This document shows positions 35,901 through 48,396 of a DNA stretch of 64,000 nucleotides, piece after piece. The notes under the pieces are model-generated. The model had not been told where the DNA came from. It did no database searches and was given only the letters and a program-made list of their open reading frames with translations. Position numbers and translations under genes: made by a program. Source of the stretch: Marsupella aquatica (taxonomy: Eukaryota > Plantae > Marchantiophyta); the NCBI GenBank assembly GCA_973895155.1, contig OZ316894.1:18576805-18640804 (forward strand), given 5' to 3'. Within the stretch, counting starts at the first letter, position 1. Every line of letters starts with the position of its first letter.

Positions 35901-37884
35901 ATAATAAGAGGTATGAGTAACCCAAAGTGTCTCATCATAAAAAGTGGAGTACTCAACACCTTTTGTGGAGCTCAAAAGCAATTTACTAAACTTGTACAAT
36001 TTATAATGAGAGCTACGAAACCCATAACTTTTTATCGGTGCAACCTGCGCACTTTATAATATCCATCGACCACAATCATTGGTGACTACCACAATGAGTG
36101 TGTCCTTCTAATGTTAGCGAAGGATACGGATGATATCAAGAAGTAACTGATTGGGTCCTCACCAGACTTGTTGTACTTATTAGCCCTCGATCACATGGAG
36201 GTGGGGGCCATGAGTGGGGAGCCAAGCCGCTTCTCTGGGAAAATCTGAGATTATCAAAAGCAACTTTATAGGCTGTGCAGTAACCTTCACAAAGACTAAT
36301 TGTGGTCCTCAGCAAGCTTTCTCTTCAATTAGTAGTCCTCGGGCACGATAGGTAGATGGGTGTCAAAAGTGGGGAGCGAAGACCGAAAGCACCTACTGTA
36401 GGTTTTGCACGTAGCCTTCCCAAAGGTAGGATGAATAGGAGAAGGGGCAATTATTGCTTATTGAGCCTGGGGTATAGCTTGAGCTAGGGAAATCCCATCC
36501 CCAAGAGAGGGAACTGGGATGTAAAATCCCCAAGGGCGGGAGAGTTGAAGGGGGTTACAGCCCATAATCCGCAAGTGAGAATGAGTTACCCAGTGACAGT
36601 CATACCTGAATTTTTTAGACATACACCTCACTTTTACTTTGCAAAACTGCTGTATGCTGCTGGTTTCCATTTGCACCTCAGGCTAGGCTGGTACAGGGCT
36701 TCTGTGGCACCTGCAGGGTAATCTACTTCTATAATATGCAATGCTGCCAAAAAGCTCTTTCGTCCACTTACAAATTCAGAAATTGAGGGAACAAACCTGA
36801 GCCGTCAGATTTTTTCAAATATTTTTTTGTACCCTTGGATTGATTGACCAGGTATGTCAAATGATATTCTCATTTTCATAGTAAAATATCAAGTATAGTA
36901 GACGATATTGATCTGACATCGTATATGAGAAGATACTTATGTGACATCATCTTAAATGTGTTTTTTTTTCAAATATGAAAGTACACACGAATGATGGGAG
37001 AATCTTTTGGGGCATGAGAAATTTTGGATTTTTACATAGCCTATGAGACTCTAGAAGGAAGGAAAATGGGTTAATTATCTTCTTCTTTTTCTTCTTGTGC
37101 ATTTTTTCTGTTTATTTAATGGTGCCAATATAAGAAAAAAGGAGTAATGGTGTTGCATAGGAGTGTAAAAATAGGAAAAAGGGGGAGAGAAAAAATATTC
37201 CCCTCCCAATAGTATCAAAGCACCCTGGGCCATCATCTCTCTTGCACTAGCTCTCACCCTCCCACATCCTTGCTCTCCCCAACAATATAGTTTTCACAAC
37301 AAAACAACATCTACTTCCAAAATAAAATAAAATGCAAAAACAAAGTCCAGTGTTTTATGTTTTATAGAAAATAGGTCCCAAATTTGTTATTCCATCTATA
37401 TCTCCAACATTCTCTTTGAAAATCTTTTTAAAAAATGCATCTTTAATGAAGACCAAGAAGATCAAGCTCTCAACATCTTTTCTCCACAAGACATGTATTG
37501 CTTGACATGCCCCCTCATCTCTATTAGTCTCGCTTTTGCCCTAATTCTTTCCCAAGTCTGGAGACCAGCTCTTTGCCCCCATTTGCATCTTTTTTCCGGT
37601 CTTTTGTTCCATCTTTTGTATCATTAACAATAAGGATTTCTTGCCCAACTCTTGCCCATGTACTCTCATTACCCATTGCATCTTATCCCATATTTTTGTG
37701 TTAACTTGAATTACATTACTTGATTAAATAATTTCATGTGCTATATTGAACAAGGTCTCCGCATTGACAGCACTTTTCACATGAAATGGGCAAGAAAGAA
37801 TTATGGAATTTAATCCAATATTTTAGTTTGATCCACCTAAAAACCCCAGCTTTTAATCAAAAGTTCTTTACCTTACCTCAATGT

Positions 37885-39080
37885 ATCTATGCAATGCGTT
37901 GGCATCGGGCTTGGCAACAGCATGGCCGCAAAACCAGCATAGCCACAACACCCTCATGGCCATAGTGACTGCATCTTCATAATGACGAGATGGTCGCAAC
38001 AACATATGAGATGTCTAAACAACTTTCTTGCCTTGCTTACATTAATTTGCATTATCTACATTTCTTTGGTTCACTTGCATCTTTTTGCATTTCTTTGCCT
38101 CAAGTCAAAATGTTCACATCACCCCAAATCTTTGCCTCAATGCAATGTACATTTAAACATGACTTGACATTTTTGTCTTCTTTTGCCTTGACATCTTTGC
38201 CTTGCCTAAATGTCTTTTGCTTATCTCAAAATGTTTTTATCTCTTTCACTCATGTCAACATCTTTTCTCTTGAGTTCTCAAAATCTTTTTCTCATCTCAG
38301 CATCTTTTTCTCTCTTTGGCATATTTTCTCAGCTCAACATTTTTTGCTCACCTCAACATTTTTTGCTCACTGTGGCATCTTTTGTTCACCTTGGCATATT
38401 TTTCTCTCCTTGAAATCTTTTTCTCATCTCAACATATATTTCTCTCCTCAACATCTTTTGTTTACCGTGACATCTTTTGCTCACCTTGAAAGCTTTTCTC
38501 TTGGACTCAACCTTTTTTTCTCATCTGGACATTGTTTGCTCACTTGGACTTCTTTTCTCTCCTTTACATGTTTTATCACCTTGACATCGTTTGCTCACCT
38601 TGACTCTTTTATCACCTTGACATATTTTTTCTCTCTTTGACAACTTTCATGCAACGCAAGGGCATTGGGTTCTTGCAGGAAAACATGCAGGGACCCTTAC
38701 ATTGATCCCACGGATTCCATTGACATATGATGAATCACTTCCTTTTTTATTACGTAGGGTCCAATTTCCATTCGTGTGGCATATGCAATGATCATAAACA
38801 AAGCTCAAGGTCAGACTTTAGAACATATACTAGGGTTACAGCTTTCAAAGCCTGTATTTAGTCACGGACAGTTGTATGCAGCATTTTCAAGGGCAATATT
38901 TTCAAGGGCCTCAAAATCTTACCCTTGCCTCAAAATCTTACGCTCACCTCGACATCTTGCCCTCTCCTTGACATCTAGCCCTCACCTTGACATCCTACCC
39001 TCACCTCGACATCTTGCCCTCTCCTCGACATCTTGCCCTCACTCGAAGTCTTTTGTGCAACGCACGGGCATGGGGCTATG
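37885..39080 (+). mobile_element. Helitron remnant: PIF1 helicase C-terminal motifs plus decayed 3' hairpin ends
   Basis: ~38750-38895 reads 'RRVQFPFRVAYAMIINKAQGQTL...PVFSHGQLYAAFSR'. 'gtgcaacgcacgggcat' at ~39055, with variants at ~38648 and ~37888. Confidence 0.8.
38160..39045. repeat. ~19-bp pyrimidine-rich minisatellite (ctcacctcgacatcttgcc)
   Basis: About 5 clear units at 38943-39040 and a more degenerate array at 38160-38640. Confidence 0.75.
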
Positions 39081-39882
39081 TCTCATAATGGGCTACACGA
39101 AAAAAATGCAGAGGGGTTTATGAATGGCAAGAAAGGCCAAAAAGGCATCCAAAAGTGAGCTGGTGTGACCCAATGTTTTAGGGTGAACTGAGAAATTATG
39201 TTTTTGGAGTGAAGGCTAGCAAGTTGTTCCGTGGTGTGAAATGTAGATAGATGAGGAGACGAGCCCAAGTGGATTTGAAATAGACGAGGAGTCCAGAAAA
39301 CAATGTAGTTCCAGAACAATTGGTCTTTTCCAAAAACATGAGGGCAAAGGTTGGTTTTACCATGGTCCTCTATTTTTTTGCCCAATGACATGACCCGCCT
39401 GAAAGTTGGAAAAGTTTGAAAGGGGGAAAGGTGACTTGGTTTCATTGCTGGTATGGTGTGCTTGATAGTTGAAGAGGGACGTCTGTGCATTAATTGACAA
39501 GCAATCCATAAAAGAATCAAGATCCTTTTCAATGTGGTCATTTCCATCTAGGTTTCAAAAATTGCTTTTTCCATGATAGTCTTCTATATTTGTGCAGACC
39601 ACATGGTCAATGTGTTTATTCACAGAAAATTCATGATTTCTCCCAACCTTAATAGTATGCTTATGACGGCATTTGAAAGGTCGTGGCAAAGGATTTGTTG
39701 TGGTTGAAATCCAGGGGTTTGGACGAATAAGGTTTGGGGGTTTGTGGTATGGACTACGGACATTCTGCACTACTCTTTTGTAAAATAGTCTTTGCTCGAA
39801 CGACTTTAAACCTCGTACATGTCCTGCACCAAATCTGAAGATAGAGTGGTCACGAACATTTCAATCTAATACAATCCAAACA

Positions 39883-40430
39883 CTGACAACATCATTGTGG
39901 TTTGCATTGTACTCGGACAGGATGCGTAAATGCTAAATTGTTGCTCGGTGAAAGTTTTGGAATCATGAAGGGTGTTCTTTTATGAATCACTCAGGAAACA
40001 ATGCAGATAAAAGCAGACGCAAACCAACAACAAGAATTGGGCAGGACTTCCACAACTTGAACAAATTGGCTGACAACATCATTGTGGTTTGCATCTTACT
40101 CAGTCAGCATGCGTAAGTGCTCAATTGTTGCTTGGTGAAAGGTTTGGAATCATGAAGGGTGTTCTTTTACACTTCACTCAGTAAACGATGCAGTTAAAAG
40201 CAGACGCAGAACAACAACAAGAATTGGGCAGGATTTCCACAACTGGAACAAATCGGCTGATAACATCATCAACATCATTGTGGTTTGCATCTTGCTCGGA
40301 CAGGATGAGTTAATGATAAATTGTTGCTGAGTGAAAGGTTGCAAATCATGGACGGCGTTCTTTTATGAATCTCTCAATAAACGATGCAGTTAAAAAAAGC
40401 AGACGTGGACCAACAACAAGAGTTGGGCAC
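39883..40430. repeat. 187-bp tandem repeat, ~3 copies
   Basis: Units start 'ctga.aacatca' at 39883, 40070 and 40257. Confidence 0.92.
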
Positions 40431-40467
40431 AACGTCCGTGGCTAAAACAAACTGGGTGGAAATGTAG

Positions 40468-40539
40468 AGGAGGCAACCAGGATTGAACTGATGACCTATC
40501 GGACTGCAGCCGATTGCTCTACCACTGAGCTATACCTCC
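40468..40539 (-). tRNA. trnC-GCA: tRNA-Cys (GCA), intronless
   Basis: GGAGGTATAGCTCAGTGGTAGAGCAATCGGCTGCAGTCCGATAGGTCATCAGTTCAATCCTGGTTGCCTCCT folds into a cloverleaf with anticodon GCA and U73. Upstream TATA (~-30) and CAA (~-10); downstream TTTT. Confidence 0.96.
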
Positions 40540-41832
40540 GACTGATGTTGACGGCGAGAAAATAAAGATATATACCAAATATCACAAGTGCTATACCAGA
40601 TACGAGACAAACGATGTCAGTTTGGAGGAGTAAATTTGTGACACAGGTCATTCCTAAAGGAGATCTCATCAATGGCGATGGAGAAGCAAATTCAGTTTCG
40701 GCTGTTCAGCAGGGAAAGTTTCTATTCCAACGTTCCCAACTTCCATTGGCTGACATTCGGAAAGTGATCTGCACCAAAATATTCGTAGAGGAAATCTGTC
40801 GGACGAACCAAAGTGACGAAAACCAAATTGTATGGATGGTTTGTTCTACTGTTGCTAGTAGAAAGTGCTTAGAAAGAAAACAGGAATGCCCGACGTATTT
40901 CATTGCCGTTCAGGAGTTATGGTCATTCCTAAAGGAGAATTCTCGAGTCCTTCAAGAATCGAAACCTCTCCACCGTTCTTTCTTCTTGAGTCTACTTCTT
41001 GAAGCTCGTACAATCGTTCCTGAAATTTGAGTTGGGAAGATAGAAGATAGATAAGCTCTTGATTGTAAGCCGGCACACATTATCACCGTTAGGCTCACAA
41101 TGCAGCACTCCTCCAAGTCCTCTGTCATGAGCAGTGGCTCGCGCCGGTTGTGCAAGTGCTGGCTGGATTGCAGTCGCAGAGACTGACGGCAGTGGTTGGT
41201 AGCAAAATGTTTCAAATCGTTTCGCCAGTTGTGTTTCTTACTAGATTATAGTTTCATGGAGGTTGCTACCTGTGCCCAATTTGCTTGCATGGGTTTTAGG
41301 TGACGCATGAAAAACCGCGGTGTCAGTTTGATAGCCGAGCTCATCATGGAGAGGAATTGGATAAGATTCATTGTTCATTGTCAGGCTAGCGTTGGATTAT
41401 CTAGGAATTTGACAGAACTTTCGTTGTGACGTTTTTACATAAATTGATGTGTTTTGTTCTTTAAAATTTCGGCAAACTTTGTCAAGTTTCTTCAGATTCT
41501 ATTTTAGGAATTGTTGCTACAAGAGATTTCTCTTATGACATCTGCCGATCTGCAGATGGAATTATGTCATCAAGTTACGTCACAGTGATTGTATGGGTGA
41601 GAATTTCGAACATCTTAAACATAACAATTTCACGAAGAGAGAACAATTTTCGCATTGCTTAAACTGCGATAACCAACCAAAAGTTTTGTTTGATGCAATG
41701 TTGTTGCAATCATGATGGATACAATCTTAAGAGTTGTAGTCTAGAGAAAAATCTTGAAGATTATTTCATTTCCAATTCAAAATTGTCTATGTACAATATT
41801 TACAGAAAGGAGGCGCACTGATGTTCACTTGA

Positions 41833-43878
41833 TTATGACATCATTCGACGGGTCTTTCCCGCTTTTCTCCTAGAACTCGACTTTTTATTGCCATTCCTAC
41901 TTTCCAGTTTTCCTAATCTGTGCTTCACATCCTGCATAGCAGTTGCCTGCATTTGGTTCCACTTCATGACAGTAACGAGTAACGACTTCAGCACCTTGTT
42001 CTCTTCGCTTAGCTTCAGCAACAATGCCTGACTGTCAGCTTCACTATGTGCCGATGCACCCTGAATGATTTCAGGGGTCTCCTTCAACTCCGATTGTGGC
42101 TCACTATATTGTGGCTCACTATCGGAACTGGATGGTTGAAAATTCAGCCAGTCCACAGCTTCTAATGGCGATGTCGGGCTATATGGTCCATTCTCGTAAC
42201 TTTTGTCGTCGAGGTTCTTCTCCCCCTCCTCGTTGCTTTGAAGTCTTTCTTGTGGGAAGCTTTCAGAAGCACGCGGAGATGGGGTAGGTCGTTCAGCACT
42301 GGTGTTGATTCTTACTACAACAGCCTCCGGAGTTGTCAACTCTGCTGCCTGTGGCGTTCTATCAACGTTGACCAAGCTACCCTCCACCTTGCCTCCGTCC
42401 TCCTCATGATGAGAATCTGATGGAGACTCATTTTTGAGGGAGCTCTCTTCTAATACATGAGATTCTGTTGGCGGGTCAGGTTGAGAAACGATTCTCTCCA
42501 TCTCATCTGCCACTCTCTCGTTGATTTGGCTGACATCTGCCTTGGATACCTCTACTTCCATCGGTTTAAGACTATCCTCCTCTGCGACGACCCGAGTCAT
42601 TCCCTCGGCTGGATCTGACTCCACCATTTCCATGGGCTTAAGATTATCCTCCTCTCTAAGAACCTGAGTCATTCCCTCGTCTGGACGTAACTCCACCATT
42701 TGTGTCGAAAAACTACCAGTGACCCTGTTGGATTCTACATCGTCGACCTTGCATGCCTCGAATTCCATCCCGTCGGTGCTGACCTCACCCTTATCCTGGT
42801 CTGGATCTGGCTCTGCGCACTCGGTAAGGTCAGACTCTTTCTCCGTGAAGGAGTCTGTCGATGTCGCCGCTACAGAATTATTTGAGCACGATTCTGTTGC
42901 CATAGGCTCCTCCCGATCAACTTCGTCTCGAATTTCCCCCTCGACCTCCATGGGAAGCTCTGGCGATCCCGTATCTGCTATCTCAGCGGAGAGTAGCGAA
43001 TCCACTCTCCCCTGCAGAGCTATAACTTCCTTCGTAACCACTTTACGAATTGCGCGTACAAAAGGATGTGCACCCTGAATTGAATCCAGCTGTAGCAGTA
43101 AGTTCATTAGGCCCTCCGTCAACTTCACCTTAGCGACAGAGCTCTCTCGCGCACAATTGATAAAGTCAGCATCGGATACTTTCTTCTCAAAATCTTTCAA
43201 TTGCGATTCAACGTTCGCAATGCGACGCAGTTGCGAGAGGGGAGCTGTTTTCCGAACTTGATATCCCCTAAACCGTGACTGGACAAGAATGGCCGCCTCC
43301 TCTCCGGACATCGCCGTCCTCAACTTTTTGGTTCCTTCCCGCGGAATCACGGTGCATTTGACGATGTGATCTTTGCCTTCATCGTCGGAGGAGATGACCG
43401 GAATAGATATGACACGCGGTTGAGCAGCACTTCTCACGAGATTGGATGGAGAAGGCAGCCTTGAATTCGGCGCATTAGCTTGAGCCGACTGTGAAGAATG
43501 GGCAGGTGTGGTTGCGTGATCACTTGAACTGACGGTAGGCGAATGCTTCGGCTTCGAAGGTAATGCACCTTCGTTTGCCTTCGAGCCATTTCCCACGGGG
43601 AGGTTTCGAATTACGTTGCGGCCTCCCGAGAAAATCTCTTCTCCTTTCAAACCATCCAGCTTTCGTTTCCTAATAAAGCTGTCAGCATCTCCTTTGAAAG
43701 GAACAAACATGGGAACAGCGTGACCACCATACACCGAATTGTCATGGGAGCTGCCCTGATCGTCACTCCAAAACTCGGGGAAAGATGACCTATAAACAGG
43801 AACCCTGCGTGCACCAAATGGATATCTACGGTAATCGTAGTTGTAGGGAAACTCTACCACCTCTACACCACCTCCCAA
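41833..43878 (-). CDS. IQ-motif + BAG-domain Hsp70 co-chaperone (BAG5/6-like), intronless; first in-frame ATG at 43710
   Basis: IQ 'AAILVQSRFRGYQVRK'; BAG 'KLTEGLMNLLLQLDSIQGAHPFVRAIRKVVTKEVIALQGRVD'; long acidic region; C-terminal coiled coil. Confidence 0.92.
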   Translation of the reverse strand: MGGGVEVVEFPYNYDYRRYPFGARRVPVYRSSFPEFWSDDQGSSHDNSVYGGHAVPMFVPFKGDADSFIRKRKLDGLKGEEIFSGGRNVIRNLPVGNGSKANEGALPSKPKHSPTVSSSDHATTPAHSSQSAQANAPNSRLPSPSNLVRSAAQPRVISIPVISSDDEGKDHIVKCTVIPREGTKKLRTAMSGEEAAILVQSRFRGYQVRKTAPLSQLRRIANVESQLKDFEKKVSDADFINCARESSVAKVKLTEGLMNLLLQLDSIQGAHPFVRAIRKVVTKEVIALQGRVDSLLSAEIADTGSPELPMEVEGEIRDEVDREEPMATESCSNNSVAATSTDSFTEKESDLTECAEPDPDQDKGEVSTDGMEFEACKVDDVESNRVTGSFSTQMVELRPDEGMTQVLREEDNLKPMEMVESDPAEGMTRVVAEEDSLKPMEVEVSKADVSQINERVADEMERIVSQPDPPTESHVLEESSLKNESPSDSHHEEDGGKVEGSLVNVDRTPQAAELTTPEAVVVRINTSAERPTPSPRASESFPQERLQSNEEGEKNLDDKSYENGPYSPTSPLEAVDWLNFQPSSSDSEPQYSEPQSELKETPEIIQGASAHSEADSQALLLKLSEENKVLKSLLVTVMKWNQMQATAMQDVKHRLGKLESRNGNKKSSSRRKAGKTRRMMS

Positions 43879-44250
43879 TTATCGCCCTAAGAATCTCCAG
43901 CCACGCCAAGTGACTCACACTTCCCCTTGAAATCGCGCGAAGCTCACAAACGAAATCTGCTCACCACCCAGAGAGAATCGATGTCAAACTTCTCAAAACA
44001 CACTGATAGGATCACGGACGGATCACTAAGAACAAGAACTAGACTAATTCTCGACAAGGAATCCGATTCGCTATGCGAAGAGCGTTCGGGAAATCACAGA
44101 AATGAGAGCGGAATTGGAGACTGAGATGTAGTGAGCGAGCTCTGAAGATTGCGATGGAATGCCAGGACCGAACGAAGAGAGCGCTTTTATGGAGGTAATC
44201 GACCGAGACAACGAGAGAATTACACGAAGGTCACACATACCGTCTCGTCG

Positions 44251-44500
44251 CTTCTCTTCTGCCATCTTCCAGAATGTTGCCGGGGCAGTGTGGACCGCGA
44301 GCGGTTCTTGGAATGCTCTCGGAGGTTCTACACTTTTCTACAAGTGTCACTTCTCTTCCGCCATCTTCCAGAATGTCGTGGGGGGACCGAAGGAGGATCT
44401 TGGATGGAAGGCTCTGGTAGATTCTAAGAGGGCGAAACGGCATCATTCTGACAAAAGGATTCCGATGACTGGCTGCACCCGGTCACGGCGCCTTCTGGAA
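44251..44500. promoter_or_regulatory. Heat-shock-element-like cluster upstream of the BAG gene
   Basis: TTCnnGAA at 44267-44274, 44366-44373 and 44493-44500, plus imperfect units near 44305-44330. The first two lie in a duplicated 27-mer. Confidence 0.55.
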
Positions 44501-47500
44501 ACCCCCACGTCCATCGCGGCGAGTCCCATGGAAACGGGTACCCTCGTTTGGTCGACCCCCACAAGTACAGTGCCACAGTGGCATCCGGGTTCTCGGCTCC
44601 CCCTTTCGCACACTCAGGCCCAACTCACATGGGAGTGGCCTTGCCCTCAACTCAGGCCCAACTCACATGTGAATGGCCCTTCACAATGCGGCCCTCAACT
44701 AGTCGCATGCCACTATATCACTGTGAGAGATAAACTAGTTTGGCCGCAGAAATTTCTCATTTTCAAAGGCATGGGCTGGAAACTTTCCGGCAGTTGCAGC
44801 CCTTTGCAGGTCCCACTGCGCCCCGCCCACCCCCCTCTCCCCCGCCCCTCAAACTTCAGAATAAAACAAAAGAATGTATTACAGAGAGAAGGGACAACTT
44901 GCTGCAGTGCCCTGTTTCTTAGTTGCAGACAAGGAGAAGTTCACAAGTAGCATTTGCACAGAATTTTTTGGACAAGCGCAATCTGCTTTTCGCCGGCATC
45001 TTCAGGAGTGACATGTGAGTTGGCTCTCACCATCACAATATTAGAGAGTCTCAAATATATATGGAACTCCAAAGGAACAAAAATGCCTTACCAAAGGCCA
45101 TAAACCCAATAAAGGGGAAAACAAAGAAGAAACCTGGGAAAACCCAGGAGCTAAAAATTCTAAGGGATACAGTCTCAAAGCTTCATTGTTATAGATTATG
45201 GCTTTGGCCATAGATTCTCACAGGGTTGTGCAATCTTTTTTTTTAAAGTTAGCCTCTACATGACTTATGGTCAGGACGTGCCAAAGATGCTCCCGGCACC
45301 TGACTAGAGATGTCCCAGTTAGATGGAATGTGGACGGAAAGATTAAAAGTCACTTTCATGGATATTGGGTAAAAACCAGCCTGAATAAAAGAGCTTAACT
45401 TATAAATAGATGGTGATTATTGTCGTGCTTGTTTCCAGTTCCACCCCACCATAGTTGTGCTCCAAAAGTCACGGTCTATAGGTTTCATTCTAGACCCTAG
45501 TCCCTCATGCTAGCTTTCTATTGTGCTTTATATATATTAGACATATGCATGGCCTATTTAAATACTTGTGCTTTGAACATAAGTAGAGGTGAGTACATTC
45601 AAGCCTAGTATTCTGCATGCAATTGGTTTTTGGTTACTCCCCATACAATGCACCATTTTCTGAAACTCACTTTGCCCCCAACCCCTATTCTCCACCCACA
45701 CCCTTAGAGTCATCATCTAGAGGCTACTTTATTTTCATTCTTCACTACTGGAATGATTTTATTTTTTGTTCTAGGTTTTGATTCTATTGCCTTATGGAAA
45801 CATTTTGAATTTGTAAAACATTTAGTGGGTGTGAAAAGAGCATTTCCACATGAAAAAACCTCATTGGGGAATACAAGGTATTCATGATAGTGATCTGAGA
45901 TGCAACTCTGGACTGTAGGCTCTGAACAATAAGTTCACTTTGCCATTACATAGTTAGATAGACCAGCCTAAGTGCTCGTTTTAGAACATAAATAACCAGA
46001 AGTGACTTGAGTTCATACATTCAAGTCTGAGCCCAATTTCAGAGACTCATCCCAACCTCCAATATTATGAAGAGTTACAAAGATAGGGTTACAAAGAGTG
46101 TCGACATGAAGCGACCCATCCACCCACTGTCAATACCTACCCTAGTGCATCCCAAAATATAAGCCATTGATTGTTTATATCAAGATGCTTAGAACATTCT
46201 TAAAGTTGAGGGTTAAAATGGTTTTTTGAGGTTTCACAAGCACTCTGTAATATTTTGGTAATAGATTCAATTATTCAATATACCAGGCTTTTCATTTTGT
46301 TGCTCAGTAGGGATAGTGTTATTATTTTGTCCTTGTAAGGGACTCTTGGGCTTGTTGACACTTGGGTTTTTGGCTATTTGAGAGTCCAGATGTTCTCCTT
46401 TGCCCCCCCCCCACTTCCCCCACTTCCTTTCTCGCTTCCTTTACTAGGCCCTTACTAGGGCATCTCAAACCAGCTCATTCCTGGTCCGGATTCCCATGAC
46501 CAAAATGTTGTGCCCTAGGTCAATAACCAAAATGAGAAGTTCCCGCAAACCATGATTATCAGCAACTTGGGCGGTCACTGCACCTGTCCAGCATCCACAC
46601 CAAAAATCACTCCGTGTGACATGTGTTGGTGCCCTTCAAGAATCATTGGCATCCACCCACAAAAATTCAACTCCCAATTGACCCAGTGGGAGAAGTTGAA
46701 ACCCTGCCTCGAATCAAACACCCCTTCGATTAAGTTTTCCCAACAATTGTGTTGCATGAGGATCACTGACATAAATTGCTGCCTGAAAAAATGGGGAAAG
46801 AACCTAACTTTTACTCTTGTTTGGCTTCTTGCCTTTGGAATCATGTCTCCCACAGCCTCCCACAGCAAGGATGGAGCCCTTCTTCTTTGGCAGGGCTTTA
46901 TATACATGGCAATATGGGTTCCTATGGATCATGAAGAGTTACCTGTAGGGTAATCCATGGCCCAAGGGGGGTTATGAGATGTGATTCCGGAGGGCCTGAG
47001 GAGGTTACAACCATTGCCTGCGAGTGGCCATGGATTAACAACCGTAAGCCTAGAGTGTATTTTTACTCTATTTGTTATCTGAAAACTGTATTTGAAACTG
47101 GATAACCCTCCAGGCGAGCTCGCCAAAGGGGGTCCAATTCTTGTTAAGGTCTTATGCGGTTCCATTCACATTTTAAATCACTCAAAAATTGACACCCAGG
47201 TCCTTTTCCCACAATCAGATTAAATCTCAATAAAATTCACTGCATATTAGTACAGTCTGTAGCTGATCAATTTTGTTTGTGGGGTAGGTGTGTTTGCCTA
47301 GTGTTTGGAATACATTGGTAAAGACAACCTTAACAAACAGCTACAGATCTGAGGTAAAAATTCTTAATACTGGGATAAAGCCTTCCCAATATACGGTCTT
47401 CCCGCTATGAAACTCTACCATATATACAGACTGCTCTTTTTCCCACTAAGGGGCATCCCAGGTCCCTAATGATGGCGAGGCTTGGGGGAGGTAGTGCTCA

Positions 47501-47799
47501 TAACCATCCATAGGTAGAGGGGAAAATACACAATAAATTTATGGGGATAAGAGGTAGTAGTGGCTCATAACCATCCATCTAAAAACAGTGAAAAAAGTTA
47601 GCGAGAAACTAATTTAACGGAGAAAATATTGGGGAGTGGACCTTTACCACAACGCTGCACATTTAATGGAACCCACCCAGCTACAGTAGCCACGCACCCG
47701 CCCACCCACCCACCCAATTCGATTCTCTCCCCATAACGGTCACATACGCAAAGCCCCGTCCATCGAAGAAACTGCCACATCCGTCCGCGATGGTCGTTC

Positions 47800-48092
47800 C
47801 TCACTTCCTCCCGTCTGAAATGCGCAGCAGCATTTGAGACGAAGAAGAAACATCGGATGGAGAAGAGCCAATGCAGCTTGATCATCCACTCCGCAATGTT
47901 CGTTCCTCCCGTCTGAAATTCGCAGCAGCAGTTGTGGAGAAGAGACACTTCGGTAGGAGACGAGCGAGTGCTGCTTGATCATTCAGTCCGCGATGTTCGT
48001 TCCTCCCGACTGAAATTCGCAGCTGTGACTCCCGACTGCAATTCCAATCTTTGTCGATGTTCGCTCCCGACTGAAATTCGCAGCAGCAGCAG
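47800..48092. repeat. Four irregularly spaced copies of 'cctcccg.ctgaaattcgcagc'
   Basis: Copies at ~47807, ~47905, ~48002 and ~48064, upstream of the 48397 gene. Confidence 0.8.
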
Positions 48093-48396
48093 CGGCGGAC
48101 GAGCGGTGCTGATGATTGGTGATGATTACGTGTCTTAGAAAGCAATGGAGTTGAGCATGTTGTCGAGAAGGGAATTGCAAGCTCTTTGCAAGAGCAATGG
48201 CATACCGGCGAACAAGACCAACGTGTTCATGGTGGACGCCCTTGCGGTGAGTGCTGCGTGAACTGTGAGCCGAAATTGAAGGAGGAAATCGAATTCATTG
48301 GAATTCCATTAATCTTTTGCAAGTTAATTATCACGTAGACGATTGACAATTTGTTTTGTGTTGTGTGCACAGAAGAAGAGAGTTCCCCTGTCAAAA

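Noticed and set aside
37990-38640. 216-aa Phe/Ser/Leu-rich ORF
   Set aside because: Translation of a pyrimidine-rich minisatellite, not a membrane protein.
40614-41030. 138-aa ORF between the tRNA and BAG
   Set aside because: No motif or compositional support.
44159-44950. 263-aa ORF upstream of BAG
   Set aside because: No recognisable motifs; overlaps the promoter and HSE repeats; likely incidental.
47800-48092. CRISPR-like repeat/spacer appearance
   Set aside because: Irregular spacing, degenerate units, mutually similar spacers, eukaryotic context and no cas genes.
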